A stretch of 64,000 nucleotides of DNA from Camelus dromedarius. Its lineage: Eukaryota. Position numbers and translations under genes: made by a program. The notes under the pieces were generated by a model. It searched no databases and was not told where the DNA came from. It saw only the letters and a list, made by a program, of their open reading frames with translations. Within the stretch, counting starts at the first letter, position 1. Every line of letters begins with the position of its first letter. The DNA lies in NCBI RefSeq assembly GCF_036321535.1, contig NC_087436.1, positions 33,978,001-34,042,000 of the forward strand, read 5' to 3'. Below are positions 1 to 13,230 of the stretch, piece after piece.

Positions 1-1209
1 GTGCCATTATTCTGATCCATCTCAGTACTTTATACTTTCCCAATCAGTATGGGTTTGTGACAGCTGGGACTGGCCCTACAACTAAGTGCAAGCTTTGTCA
101 CATAATGATATATATTTGGTAACAAATATATGTTTAAAAATATAATAGTATATTTCATCTAGCAAAATTAATTTCAGTCAGTTTATAGTGAAAGAGCTGA
201 TAAAGCCTCCGTGTTTGTTTCTGAATTGTTTGATGGTTTTTCCAGTAAAAACAGTTTTCTTCTTCTAAAGAATTATTGTATTAAACTAAGGAAATTGAAA
301 TTGCCCAAATCTGAACTTGAATTCATAATTTCTGTTACTTTTGAAGTATGACATTTAGACAAAATAGATCAAACAGCTTGTCTATGTTTTTACAATAAAA
401 TGCAGAAAATGAGATTGCTAGGAAAAAAGTCAGAGATCTATTGTATGTTGAATAATCACTGTTCATGTATTGCAAATTATTCATGATGTGACTAAAATTT
501 TTTATTCCTCAATTTGTATTCTAAAACAGAAATATATACCTACTGGCTACATTTTTATGTGATAAAGGGATTTCCAACTCACTGCTACTGGGAAACATAT
601 AAATTTATTTAGATTACCCTTTGGTAAAAATAAAAAGCCTATTTTATCACCTAAGGAAAATACATGTTTAAAAACACTTAAGTTTTCAGCTATGATCAAA
701 GTTAAAGTAAATAAACTGTTTCTCTGGAGGCATGAAACTGTATCTTTAAACTGCATAAAAATGAGAGCAACTTTAGGGATTTTTTTCAGTAAGAAAGAAC
801 CCAGTAATAGGATAAAAATGGAAATGGGTTTTATACATACCTCCCAAGGCTTATATTTGGTAAGAATTTATAAGGAATTTAGTAAGATGAAATAAAACGG
901 TAAGATCAAAGCATGCACACACAGAAACGGATTTCCTGCTATGAAGCATATAAATTGGAATGATGTAGCTAATGAAAAATCCTATTTCTTAGATTCTTTA
1001 GATTGTGCCTACAGAAAAAAATTTAATATTTGACTGGATTAATATCAAATAATTCAAGCCTTTTCTCTAAACTAGGCAAAGCACTTATTTTAAGTCATCT
1101 TTAAAAAGTGTCCCTGAATATTCTTCTTTTCACAGAATTTACTGAAATTGTGTAAACGTGCCCTTGAGTGTTAGGAGCTGCATATGTTATTTGTTCAGTG
1201 AGATTGAGG

Positions 1210-1670
1210 TCATCCCCACTCTATTCTCTGATGATTGTGCTTCTGCAGCATTGGCTTTTAAATTCCTCAAACACACCAAAGATATTCTTATCTTAGGGGC
1301 TTTAACTGTGCTGCCCCTACTGTCTATCATAGACTTCCTTCTGTTCCTTACAGCTTGACTGCATCTTATTTTTAGATTTCGGCTTAAATATTACTTCTCT
1401 GGAAAATCCTTCATTTGCCATCTAAACTAAAGTAGGTCTCCATGATTTCTATCTTAGCAGTTTGTTGCCTTCTGCAGCTTTTTCGTTCGCGATTGATTTC
1501 TTTTTGTTTGGTTACTTGCTTATTTGTTCTTGCCTCTCTCCTCATCTATATTATCACCTTGTATGAGGGAAAGCAGCATGTCTGTTCATTAGTCATTTCA
1601 CATTAGTGCATAGGACAGTGTCTGTCACAGTCAGTGCCTGATAAATGTTTGTTGTCTGATACGAATGTCA
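1210..1670 (+). mobile_element. L2 LINE 3' fragment (ancient)
   Basis: Degenerate L2 3' motifs (ttcctcaaacacaccaa...cttagggg; cttaaatattacttctctggaaaatcctt; gtgcctgataaatgtttgttg). Boundaries approximate. Confidence 0.7.
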
Positions 1671-2199
1671 CAGTATTGTTCATTTAATGTTAATTACATG
1701 CTTTTTAATCTCTGTTAAGATTAGTTTTAAAAAAGGGTTTATAATTTCACTTTAATACTGTGAGAAGAAGACTATTTTTTACAAGTTCAGTGATTCAGAT
1801 AAAGATTTTAATTGCAGTGGAGCTTAAAAGTTAGTATTAGTGCAAATTTACCAAAGTAACCTAAAGAAATACTCAGATACAGCAAAAGTAATCTGCATGA
1901 GAATAATTAGAACACCCATGACATTAGACTTGTTCAAAGTGAAAAGAAAATAGAAACTAAAATTTTTCTGTTTTCATTATATAGTTTTAAAAAACAAGCA
2001 TTTAGGAAAATGAGACATTGGAGATACTAAAAATAGCTAATACAAAAAAGATAGTGTATAAGATTTTTAAAAATTCACACCAAAATTAAATGTAAAATAG
2101 TACATTCCTCTATTTTAAGTAGGCCAGTCCTGTGATTACTTATGATGACCAAATTACTTAATTATGTAAATTAACAATGTGGCTTATGTGTACTGGAAC

Positions 2200-2960
2200 A
2201 TTATGACATCTCCTAACTGGCTTTCCTTCTTCTATGTTTAACTCCGTACGGTCTATTCTTCGTATAACAGTCAGAGTAAGCTTTTTAAAACATGAGTCAG
2301 ATCACATGTCTATCATTCAGGCTTGTGTCCCATGTGGTCATGGTCACAGCTGCTCAAATCTACCCTTGTAGTGTGAAAGCAGCCATAGAAGATACACAAA
2401 TGGATGGAATTGGATATATTCCAATGAAATTTTGTTTAGAAAAACAGGCACCAGGTTGGATTTAACCTTTAAGGTCATAGTTTATCATTCCTGGTCTACA
2501 AAGTCTCACTTCTTCTGACCCCTATGGTCAAATCCACCTACCACTCCTGTTGTTCTCATTCACTCTGCTCTGGCCACTCTGGACTTCTTGCCATTCCTTC
2601 CATCTTAGGGCCTTTGTAGTTGCTGGTCATTTTGTCTTGGATGCTGCTCCTATAGATCTCCAAAGGGATTGTTCCTTATTTCTTAAAGACACTTCTCAAA
2701 TGTCATCTCTATCAAGAGGCTGCTCTTAGATAAAATGAGGATAAAATGATACCCTGTCAAGCACTTCCATCTACCAGACTCTTTCTATATGTATTAATTT
2801 TTCTTAAAAATTTGGTTATTTTCTCTCTTCTTTTAAGAAGGTAGGTGCTATGACAGCAGAGTATTTATCTAAGTGTTTTCCTGCTATAGCATCAGTGCCC
2901 AGAATAGTGTTTGACACATAATAGTCATTCAATAAATAGTTGCTGAATATTTTGAATTAA
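2200..2960 (+). mobile_element. L2 LINE 3' fragment, interrupted by MER58A
   Basis: ctcctaactggct...cagtcagagtaagctttttaaaacatgagtcagatca; ends ...agtgcccagaatagtgtttgacacataatagtcattcaataaatagttgctgaat, the typical L2 tail. Confidence 0.75.
2318..2493 (+). mobile_element. MER58A-like hAT-Charlie MITE (5' part missing)
   Basis: cagctgctcaaatctacccttgtagtgtgaaagcagccatagaagatacacaaatg...ttccaatgaaattt...aaaaacagg...catagttt...cctg matches my recall of MER58A. Confidence 0.75.
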
Positions 2961-3204
2961 CTTCTTTTTTTTAATGTCCCTTATATGTATTTGCTTAAAA
3001 TATAATCTTTATCCCTAAATCTCATATTAGTAAAAATTTGGCTTATTTTTTTCCTTTGATTTAACATCAGTATTTATTTTTGTGGTTTATAGAAGCTTGA
3101 GAACATTTAGTCATCACAGACCCTTACTTCCACCCTAATGTCTTCCTTGTTGATTCTCCTTTCTTCCACAATTCATAAGATAACACCTCTGCTTTAGGAG
3201 TTTA

Positions 3205-3455
3205 GTCTATCATTGAAAACAGATGGACAATAAATGAATAAGCAAATAAACAAACAGCATGCAGATGATGATGAGTATTTTTAAGAAGTATGAGGTAACA
3301 GGGAATGGCAGTAGGTGGTCGTGGAAGGGCTCTCTGATAAGGTTATATATGAGCACAGTCCTGAAGGAGTGGAAGAATGTGACAGGCACAAGAAAGGGCA
3401 AAGGAGTGCAAGGCCACAAGGTATAAAAAGACTTGGTGTGCTCAAGAAAGAACAG
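3205..3455 (-). mobile_element. L2 fragment (host of the MLT1C LTR)
   Basis: Antisense L2-like: ggagtttagtct...ggaagggctctctgataaggttatatatgagcacagtcctgaagga...gcaaggccac. Confidence 0.6.
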
Positions 3456-3925
3456 TTTTATGGTTTGAATTGTGTCCCCACCCCACCAAAAAAATATATT
3501 AAAGTCCTAAGCTCCTGTACTTCAGATTGTAACTTTATTTGAAAATAGAATCAATGCAGATGTACTTAGTTAAGTCAGGATGAAAACATAATGCAGTGGG
3601 GTGGGTCCCTAATCCAATATGACTGGTGACCTTGTAAAAAGAGGGAAGATGATGTGAAGACAGACACACAGGGAGAAGATGGCCATGTGAAGGTGGAGGC
3701 AGAGACTAGAGTTACACTGCCACAAGCCAAAGAACACCTGGGCCACCAGAAGCTAAGAAGGAGCAAAGGAGGATTCTTCCTCTGTAGGTTTCAGAGGGAG
3801 CATGGCCCTGAAGATACCTTGATTTTGGACCTCTAGCCTCCAGAACTGTGAGATAAGAAATTTCTGTTGCTTTAAGCCACCTCATTTGAGCTATTTTGTT
3901 ACTGCCGCCTTAGGAAACTAATACA
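3456..3925 (+). mobile_element. MaLR solo LTR, MLT1C-like
   Basis: ~470 bp from (tt)ttatggtttgaattgtgtcccc to ggaaactaataca; internal gacacacagggagaagatggccatgtgaagg. Flanking 5-mers aacag (3451-3455) and agcag (3926-3930) match 4/5, consistent with a TSD. Confidence 0.9.
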
Positions 3926-4488
3926 AGCAGATGGGCTGACATATCTGCAGAGGAGTAAGTGAATGGAAAATACTTTGGAAATGTTATTTATAAGTACAGT
4001 TTTGTAGGTGACTTAAATTCAGAGTGAAAATTATTTGTATTATTAAGAACATATTACTCTTTTTTGTAAACTGCTGAACGTGATGACAAAGAAGGAATTC
4101 AGATAACCATGCTAATAGAAGTTGAGTATAGAGATAATACTAAAGATTTTTTTCCTCTGAGTGTTAAATGCAAAGGAAACCAAAACAGCAGACATGTGGA
4201 GAGATCCACCACGTGGAGAGAACATTCTAGGACTCACGTTCTGGGTAGACATTTCAACATCTAGAACACACGATAAAGTCTTCTGAGTAACAACAGGGCT
4301 CATCGGAAAATTACATAAAAAATAATAAAGTGTTATGTATTTGATAAATAGCAATAGGAAGAAAACCAAGGAAGAACACAAAAGTAGCACCTTTTATCAC
4401 TGGAGCATTCTCATTTAAAATTTAAACATACGTACTAGTAAAATTCTTCACTTCTAGCCAAGCTTCTTGAAACAACTTATAGTCTCTA

Positions 4489-4991
4489 TGTAGTAGTCAG
4501 GGTTCTTCAGAGACAGAACCAATATGTAAAGAGATTTATTATAAGAAATTGGCTCACATGATTATGGATGTTGAGAAATCCCCAAATGAGCAACTAGTAG
4601 GACCCAGTAGTTAAAGTCCTAGTCAGAAGGTCTGAGACTCAAGAGAGCTGATGGTATACATTCCAGTCTGAAGGCAGGCAAGCTTGAGACCCCAAAACAG
4701 CCAGTGTTTCAGTTGGAGTCTGAAAGCCAGAAAATAGCAATATTTCTGCTCATGCAGACAGGCCAGAGAAGTTCCTTCTTACTCAGCCTTTTTGTTCTAT
4801 TCAGATCTTCAGTTGATTAGAAGAAGACCACACATCAGGGATGGCAATCTGCTTTACTCAGTTTACTGATCCAAATGTTAATCTATGTCATCAAGAAACA
4901 CCTTCACAGACACCCAGAATAAAGTAATGTTTGATTAGTTATCTGGGCGCCCATAGCCCTGTCAAGGTGGCACATAAAATTAACCATCACA
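4489..4991 (-). mobile_element. ERVL solo LTR, MLT2-like
   Basis: TG...CA ends: tgtagtagtcagggttcttcagaga...gagatttattataagaaattggctcacatgattatgga...cataaaattaaccatcaca, the reverse complement of the MLT2 start. No TSD evident. Confidence 0.88.
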
Positions 4992-5039
4992 TACCTTTGT
5001 TTTTATTCTTTTTTTATTTAAATTAATTTTTTTTCAATT

Positions 5040-5460
5040 TTCAATTTCTTACTCAATGCATCCTAGCCCAGCTTCTTTGTTATGATTCCACTGAAATGGC
5101 TTCTCCCATAGTAAGCATTTAGTATTAGAGCTAAACAAACTGTCAGTCATTTTTCTATTCTCTTACTTAATATCTCTGTATTATCTGACTTTGAGACCAT
5201 TCTTTCCTTCTTAAAATGTTATCTTTTTCTGTCTTCTGTGGCTCCTTATTTCCATGACTTTTCTCTCATCTGTTCATCTTTTCTCTTTTTCTTAGTCTTC
5301 TCTCCGCATGTCTTTTCTTCTGTCCAAATTCAAAATGATTTGTATTCCCAAGTATTTTCCCTTGTTCCACTCCTTTCTCATTGTTATTCATGACATTTTT
5401 ATTCATGACATTGTTATTCATGAATATGTTATTCATGACTATGACTTCTAATGCCCTTTG
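5040..5460 (+). mobile_element. L2 fragment (degenerate ORF2 region)
   Basis: Pyrimidine-rich L2-like text (ttccactgaaatggcttctccc...tctcttacttaatatctctgtattatctgac). Confidence 0.5.
5381..5440. repeat. Tandem repeat, 4 x 15 bp (ttgttattcatgaca)
   Basis: ttgttattcatgaca / tttttattcatgaca / ttgttattcatgaat / atgttattcatgact read directly. Confidence 0.95.
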
Positions 5461-5539
5461 ACTCAGTTTCTTTCATTAAGGGCACTATGTTAAGTCCTAG
5501 ATTTACCTTAAACACAATGCATATAAAATTAAACTAAAA

Positions 5540-5900
5540 GATGCTGGGATAGAGTCTGAAAGGAAGAAATTTATGAGGTGTGCTCTAGGTATCAGAAATT
5601 GTAAGGGTAAAGGAAGTATGAATGACAGAAGTTGTGACACAGTCTTAGGAAAAGCCTTAGCTGACTTCACAGCAAGTTCTGGAGCTGGCATGGTTCCAGG
5701 CCAAGGGCAAGGAATTAGGGCACATATACCCTGAGTCATAGGAAGAGGATATGACTGGGCAAGATGGCTCTCTTCAGACCAGGACAGTCTTTGGAGAGGA
5801 TCTTGATTATAATTTGTCAGTTGGCAACTTGTCAACCACTGGGTAAATGAGTTCTCTCCTGAAGGGGATGGGAGTGGTCTGGACAAGATGGTGCACAAAC
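5540..5900. mobile_element. Ancient ERVL-class LTR (LTR33/LTR16-like)
   Basis: gtgacacagtcttaggaaaagccttagctgacttcacagcaagttctggagctggcatgg resembles my recall of the LTR33 core. It would explain the 131-aa ORF at 5503-5898 as incidental. Confidence 0.55.
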
Positions 5901-7696
5901 TGGTCTCTCTCTAAGGCAATCTGTACCTCACTTAATAGTAATATCATGATACCAAGAGATACTTAGAAGAAAGTTTCCCCTTCCTCCAACTTTTCCCTCT
6001 CCTTCCAATTGGAAATAAAATTGCTTCAACTTTACCCATCAGAATTTACTTGAGAAAATTTCTCTCTACTGTATAAATTCCTCTCATATATCTGTCCCAC
6101 TGAGAATCCTCTTGCCAAGACCTTCAAACCTTCATCAGGATCATAGTTTTATTGTGTTTGGATCTTTTGATTTTCTAATTGGTCTATCCTCCATGTTGCT
6201 GCTAACAATTATTTAAATATATAGGAAAGAGTTTATCTTTTGTAAATACAGTATATAATGATGTTTCTGTTCATACACTACAGACACACATTTACATACT
6301 TGCTTTAACAAACACAATATTTACATTATATTTGAGGAAAACTTTGCAGTAATAAGCAAGATATATGGTAGACATCTGTTAATTTTTCTAGTTAGCTTGT
6401 GTTTATATATCTTATGAAAATAATAGAGGAAACAACAGACACCAAATAATTCCAGTATTTTACCCTCATGAAAAATATAAAATACCTTTAAACTAGAGAC
6501 TTCTTACAAAATAATAACATTAATTCACATATACACCTATGAAAGGGTATATATATAATAACTGTTATCTCTGTTTGAGCTTGAAAATGTCATTTATTAT
6601 AAAAATGTTCTTTTGAATGCCTTGTGTAAAATTTGTTATAGGCCATCTTTTAATTCAAATTGTTTTTGTTTTTGTTTTATTAATTCTGCTATTCAACATG
6701 ATCAAGAATATGTTGTAAATAAATTTCATTAAAAGCATTTACAGTTTTTATTTGAATTTACTTTGCTGTCTGTGTTTCAAAAAATTAATTCCTACTTTGA
6801 CTTAAGATACCATTCAACCAAAATATATTGTTTGGCTTATGTATTTATAAAATTTATGAAAGGGAAAGAAAACAATTAATTAAAAAAATTAACTATGAGA
6901 ACTGCATGTATGCAGGTTTTTTTTTTCCTGAAAGATTGGCTAAATACTCATTTTTTGTTTTAAATTAAAAAAAAACTTTCACAGATACAATATAACGTAT
7001 ATCATATACCATGATTATCTTTTATAGTATAAATTTGTGATATGACAATTTGACCTATTTGAATAGGAAAAAATGTATAAAATAGGAAATTTATTTTAAA
7101 AACCAAAAATTAATAAAGAAGAAACTTGAGCCTTCCTTTACCTACATTTTTGACTTTCCTTGGAGTTGATGTATGTGGTGGGAATAGAAAGTCATACAAA
7201 TAGAGTAGGCCAATTAATCAGCCAGAATAAACAAACCCACACATACAAAAATACTCTTTTCACAGAAACACATTGACAATTATTATTGGATTATAATCTC
7301 TATAATTTACTGATCGCACAGATGTATAGTTATAATTTTATGCAGGGGTTCAAAATATTTATACAATCCCTCCAGGTAAAATTATTAAAGAAGGATAATA
7401 TATAATATCTAATATTTATTTTGAGCTTTAGTAATGTATGAATTTTTAAGTTGTAAATATTAGTAACTGAAAGGTCAAAACTTGTGAATACATAATCAAT
7501 ATAGATAAATATATTGCAGTGGGTCATTTATAAATGTTACTATACACCTTTTTGCTGTTTAAGAAATGGATTTTAAACAATCTTACATGGAAGACTTGTT
7601 GATATTTTGTTAGTCTATAATTTTTGAATGAGAATTGGATAGCTAGTCTGGTGAAACAAAGATGAAGAACTCCAGAATCTCTGTGTTAAAAATATG

Positions 7697-7738
7697 TACA
7701 TACACACATACATACATACATACATATATACATATAAA
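7697..7738. repeat. (TACA)n/(CA)n microsatellite
   Basis: tacatacacacacatacatacatacatatatacatata. Confidence 0.9.
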
Positions 7739-9164
7739 TAGTACTCCATAGTGTGAAAATTGCCCCCAAGTAAATAAAAACACATATGTTATTTTTGATC
7801 CATAAAATTAGAGGAAGAAATGCCAGTAGACACGAAATCATGTTTGAAAGACAAATATTGCCTAAGATTTTACAAGGATTAAAAATAAAAACAAAAATTA
7901 AAAAAAAGTCCAGACAGGAAAGGGAGTGGGTTGTCTGAAATGACATAGCTGTCTGCTGAGAAGTTGCAAGTTTCTCATTATCACACACTCTACAACAGCC
8001 AAAATATGCATCTCAACATGAAAATCACACAGCCTTCTAAATACAGATGAAAAGCAGTTTCTCACTCCAAAATTTTGCCTTTGGAAAGGTACCTATAAAA
8101 CTATTTGAGTTCTGGAAATAGAGTGTGTCTTTACTGTTGATTCAGGCTCCGCTTTATTTTGCCGAGGTCAGATTTTTTTTAAGAAGGCATAAACAGAAAC
8201 ATTGAGATCATGAGACTTGAGGATTTGTAACTTTGAGGAAAACAGTACAAGAAAGAGAATCCTGTTAGTAAATTAACATCAGTTCTAGTAAAATATGTAT
8301 TGAGCACTTAAATGCTACATAATTTTAGAAGTTATCTTAGAACCTATTTTGCTTCCTTTTCTGGTGATTAATTCCTTGGAAGTACTACAGCCAGAGTCTT
8401 TCCCTTGGAAAGGAAAAGTTTATACATGCATACTTTCTACCCTTCCATTCTCATGGTTCCAGCTTTGTGATGATAAAATTTTCTCAGCCACATAGTTAAT
8501 GAAATCTCCTTTCTGAAATTGAAATTACACTCCTCTTCCCCCAATCGTACTTATTTATCCTGTTGATGTAAGTGATTAACCCTAAAAGTTTGCTTCAGTA
8601 TGTGCTGATTGTATGGATAGACAATGAATGGACAACAGGAATTAAAGAGTGAGGAGTTTTGAAGAGAAAGCATAAAGAAAAGGGAAGGAGGGAAAAAGGT
8701 GAAGAATATTTGCCTTTGCATAGCAAATTTCAACTTACTTAAGACTCTTTCCCTCTAGACTACTCTTCATTTTTATTTTAGGTGCTAGTTATTACCAGCA
8801 TCCTGGTAACCCAGTTAATGTTGCAGTTTCAAGAAATATTCTTTAAAATGCTGAATATGTCTTGAATTAGTAAATAAAACCAAATGCTATGAATGTGTAG
8901 CTCATTGTCATGTAATTTGGGTAACACTGAATTCAAATCTGTTGACATGTCCATGTACCATCAAAATCTGTTATGATTAGCCTAAGTATTGCTAGTTTTA
9001 ATCTCATTTCATGCCCATAAGACTATAAAGATGATCATACCTTGTAAATATAATTCATTTACTCTTTTAATGCCCTAATTAAATAATAAAAATAACCCAA
9101 ACTCAGTAGATTTACATTAGGAAATAGGAGAAAATATTGAAAACTCTGCAGCAATAACAGTGCA

Positions 9165-9612
9165 TCTTTTTAAAAAAGTTTTATTGAGATACAATTTAAG
9201 TACCGTAGTATCCACCCACTTAGCTGAACATTTCAATGTCTTTTAGTATAGTTACAGAGCTATACAACCAGAACCATAATCTAGTATTAGAACGTTTTCC
9301 TCACTGCACAGAGAAATCTCATACGCATAAGCTGTCACTCCCCGTTTTCATCCCCACCCCAACGCCAGGCAAGTACTAATTACTTTCTGTCTCTATAGAT
9401 TTGTCTATTCTGGACATTCCTCATAAATGAGCTATATAACAGGCAGTTTTCTGTCACATGCTTCTTTCACTTAGCATAATTTTTTTAAAAGTTTATCCAT
9501 GTTTGAGAATGTATCTTCACTACATCCCTTATTATTATTGAATTATATTCTGCACATTTTGTTATTTACTTTTTGGGTTATTTCTACATTGGGTCTGTCA
9601 TACATAATGCTG
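9165..9612 (-). mobile_element. Old L1 3' UTR (L1MB-like)
   Basis: ttttattgagatacaattt...ctttctgtctctatagatttgtctattctggacatt...cttctttcacttagcataat, antisense L1MB 3' end. Confidence 0.85.
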
Positions 9613-11000
9613 AATAGCGGTGTATCTTGAATGAAACAGTAGTACATTTGTAAACTTGTCATGTGTTGCTGATTCTAGAGCAGAAACTTGTTTCCCCTGT
9701 TACAAAGATACAGATCATGGCTTTTTAAAGATATAGTTTAACTTCCATCCGATAGCATCCACCTGGTTTCTCATTTTGTGAAGTATATTGAACATCATGT
9801 CATTCTTCAAAGACTTTTTATTTTTTGACCAAGTATTTTGTGATATACTAAGCACCTGAGACTATTTTTAAAGGGTAGGATCTAATATTTTTCTGAATCC
9901 TAGATTTCATTAATATAGTGTCAAGGTATAATTTTCTAAAAGTTAAAAGCAATCTCACACAAATATAAAAATAGCATGTATCAAAATTTTACTAAACTCA
10001 TGAATGAGGGGATAATAAAATAGTAAACGAGGTTCCAAGGACATTTTAGAAACTAAGAATTTATAGGTATTAAAAAAAATAAGATTCTGTCAGATACTAA
10101 ACTAGGTAAGGGCGATAAAATCATAACCTTTGGATTATCTTTTGTTCTATATAGCAGGATAATTATATGTATATTCTCCTGAGTAACAGAAATATTCAGG
10201 TTAACGTATAAGAACTGTATGATATCTTGACTTTAATCAACATGTAAATACGAAGTCAAACATAAATAAATTTTCCTAGAGAATAAAATAATTCATGAAA
10301 ATGCCCTTGTGTGACATTGAAGAAGCATCCTGACACTCTCCTTATCCCTTACCATTTTTTCTGACTTTTGGGTATTTTTCCTCAATAATATAGTGCTGCA
10401 AGAAGTAGGTAGATATTAAGTAAGTTAAGAGCTTTGTTACCTTTAAAAACATTGTTCATTTTTGTGCTGTATTTTTATATTGTTTGATAATCTTTGAAAT
10501 AGTAATACGATATTACCCTGAAAAAACACAGATTTTATTTGCTAAGTTTCCATCACTTTTTCTAACTTTGCTTGATTGTTTTCCTTTTAATATTCAAATT
10601 TAACTGATATATATATATATATATTACTTGATCTCTCCATTTTATAGAGCTTTCTTTTTTCTCTGTGTTTCTTTCTTTCTTTTTTCATTTCTTTCTCCTT
10701 TTGATACTTACTATTGTAGTAACATTGTTTTATAATGTTATGTAAGTTTCCTGTATACAGCGTTAGATTTCTGCTTCCATGTTTCCATGTACCCTTTAGC
10801 CTGCTCACCACCAAAAGTGTCGTTTCTATTCATCACCATAGTTGATTTGTTTTATGCATTTCACCTCCCCCCTCCTCTTACCCTCTGGTAACCACTTCTC
10901 TGTTCTCTGGATGTATGTGTTTGTTTTTATTTGTTTTTTTCATTAGTTTTTTTAAAATTCCACTTAAAAGTGAAGTCAGACAGTATTTGTCTTTGTCTGC

Positions 11001-11105
11001 CTTTTTTCACTTAACATAATACTTTTTTCACTTAGCATAATACTTTTTTCACTTAGCATAATACTTTTTTCACTTAGCATAATACTTTTTTCACTTAGCA
11101 TAATA
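11001..11105. repeat. Minisatellite, 5 x 21 bp (cttttttcacttagcataata)
   Basis: Units start at 11001, 11022, 11043, 11064 and 11085. Copies 2-5 are identical; copy 1 has one substitution. Confidence 0.98.
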
Positions 11106-11172
11106 CTCCATCCATGTTGTCACAAATGGCAAGATTTCATCTTTGTTTTTTGTGGCTGACTAGTGCTTCACT

Positions 11173-11204
11173 GTGTGTGCGCATGTGTGTGTGTGTGTGT
11201 GTGT
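11173..11204. repeat. (TG)n microsatellite within L1
   Basis: tgtgtgcgcatgtgtgtgtgtgtgtgtgtgta. Confidence 0.9.
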
Positions 11205-13230
11205 ATCCCATTTTCTTTATGCATTCACCTGTTGATGGGCACTTAGGTTGCTTCCATATCTTGGCTATTGTAAAAAAGGTTGCTTTGAACATTGGGGTCC
11301 ATGTATCTTTTCAAATTTTTTTTTCTTTGGATATATACTGAGCAGTCGAATTGTTGGGTCATATATTAGTCCTATTTTTAGATTTTTGAGAAACTTCCAT
11401 ACTGTTTTCCATAGTGGTTGCAACAATTTACAGTCCAATGTAGTAGGCTTCCCTTTTCTCCACATCCTCACCAAAATTTTTTATTTATAAAATTTTTGAT
11501 GATAATCATTCTGACAGGTGTGAGGCTATCTACTATGGTTTTGATTTGCATTTTTCTAATAATTAGTAATGTTGAGCATCTTGTGCCTATTAGTCATCTG
11601 TGTATCTTATTTGGAAAAACATTTAGTCAGATCCTCTGCCCATATTTTAATTGAGTTTTGTTGTTGTTGACTTATATGAGTTCTTTATATATTTTGGACA
11701 TCAGCACTTTATTGGATATATCATTTGCAAATATCTTCTCTTCAGGGCATTATCAAAAGTTTATCCTGTCACATCTAAGTAGCAGGAGAATGAGACAAAA
11801 ATTAACATTAACATGTAAAAGGAAAACCCTAGGGTATTTACTAAAGCAATATGTGTGTGGTTACCTTCATATTTTTGCTGTGAAGAGTTATATGCAAAAT
11901 TGGGAGATAATTTTAAGAATATTGATTTGGGAAATACACCTGGTGAATTAACAGTTTATAGTCATATGGAGTCACATGAAGTCACTTGATAGTGAGCAAG
12001 GCACCTTTATAGAGACACACTTCTCCACACAGCCTACGCTCTACAACTGATAGGAAATCCAAATACTGACCCTGATGCACAAATGAACAAGAATATAATC
12101 AATACCAGCAAGATCCATTGATTAACAAATTTTCTTTTTTAAAATTCAAAAAGAAATACCCAGCTACATTTGAAAGGGGAAGTAAATTGAATTAGCCTCT
12201 TTAAACTCATCAGCCATTCTGACAATGACTTAAGATATATGGGACTTCATTAATTTGTCTACAATCTTTCTATAAGTGAGCCTGAAGAAAAAGCCAAATT
12301 CCTCCATGAAAAGGACTACAAAAAGAAAAGCTTGGAGCAAAACATGTAATCTGCTCTCTCCTAGCAGCCAGACAAGTAGACACAGCCCAATTAGTCCCCA
12401 GAGAAATAAGACATTATTTATATAGGGGCTGCTGAATTACTGTTAAGAATAGACAATAGAGCCCTGTGCTTAAACTTACATATGATTTTATGAAAAATTA
12501 TATATTTAACATGGAGACACACTGTGTCAGAGAATTAAATAGAAGCTGTAATTTTATTACTTTATTTTTTTACCCTTTTACAGTGGTTTTGGGGAATTAT
12601 AATTTCCTCAGCTCCTTTTTTTCCCAAGAACTAATACATTTATATTAAGATTGAAGAAATGTGTGAAAGGTTACATTTTTCTCCCTTTGGTGCCACCATT
12701 TTGTTGCTACTGGGGGACTATAGAAGAGGTGGCTACTACTGTTTCATTAAACCAGGATCTCTTGTGAAGTTCAGCTGCAGAACATGTGTTCTGCTTTTCT
12801 TTTGAAAATGTACTCCATTAAAATCAGATTCCTTTGCCAGTCCAAAGTCATGAAAGTCTACATGGTTCTATTCAAAATATCTGAATTCTGCCTCTGAGGC
12901 AAAGGATGTAAAGTGAAAAGGATGAAGCCACAACACAGCCATATTAAAGGACACCAATTGCTATATGGCTGACTGAGATTCAAAAATTGGCACTAATTGT
13001 GAATATAGCTACATGGAGACAGTTCAAATAGGCTAGTTTCTGTTAAAGACTTAAAGGACTCTTTAGATATTTTTAATTGCTTCAAAATTGGAAGTGGCAT
13101 CTTTCACTCAGTTTAATCAGAGATTGAGATCTGATTGAGGGATTATTAAGATAATTTAAATTTTTGTTCCAACTATAGATAATCTTTATAATTTCCCAGC
13201 AGGAATAGGAAGAGCAAAAAAACCTCACCT

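Larger units (their letters stand above)
10650..11740 (-). mobile_element. 5'-truncated L1 (ORF2 C-terminus + 3' UTR), intermediate age
   Basis: ORF 11265-11474(-) contains [28 protein letters not shown], the L1 ORF2 C-terminal motif. Decayed T-rich tail at 10650-10705. No TSD found. Confidence 0.92.

Noticed and set aside
5503..5898. 131-aa minus-strand ORF
   Set aside because: It coincides with a probable ancient LTR, has a non-ATG start and no recognisable domain.
11001..11105. CRISPR-like array
   Set aside because: Units are contiguous with no spacers, derive from an L1 motif, and the context is mammalian with no cas genes.
11961..11990. Three 10-bp units (gtcatatgga/gtcacatgaa/gtcacttgat)
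   Set aside because: Too short and degenerate to separate from chance or minor slippage.
12777..12794. gcagaaca-tg-tgttctgc as a glucocorticoid/androgen response element
   Set aside because: The spacer is 2 nt rather than the canonical 3; an 8-bp-arm palindrome can arise by chance.
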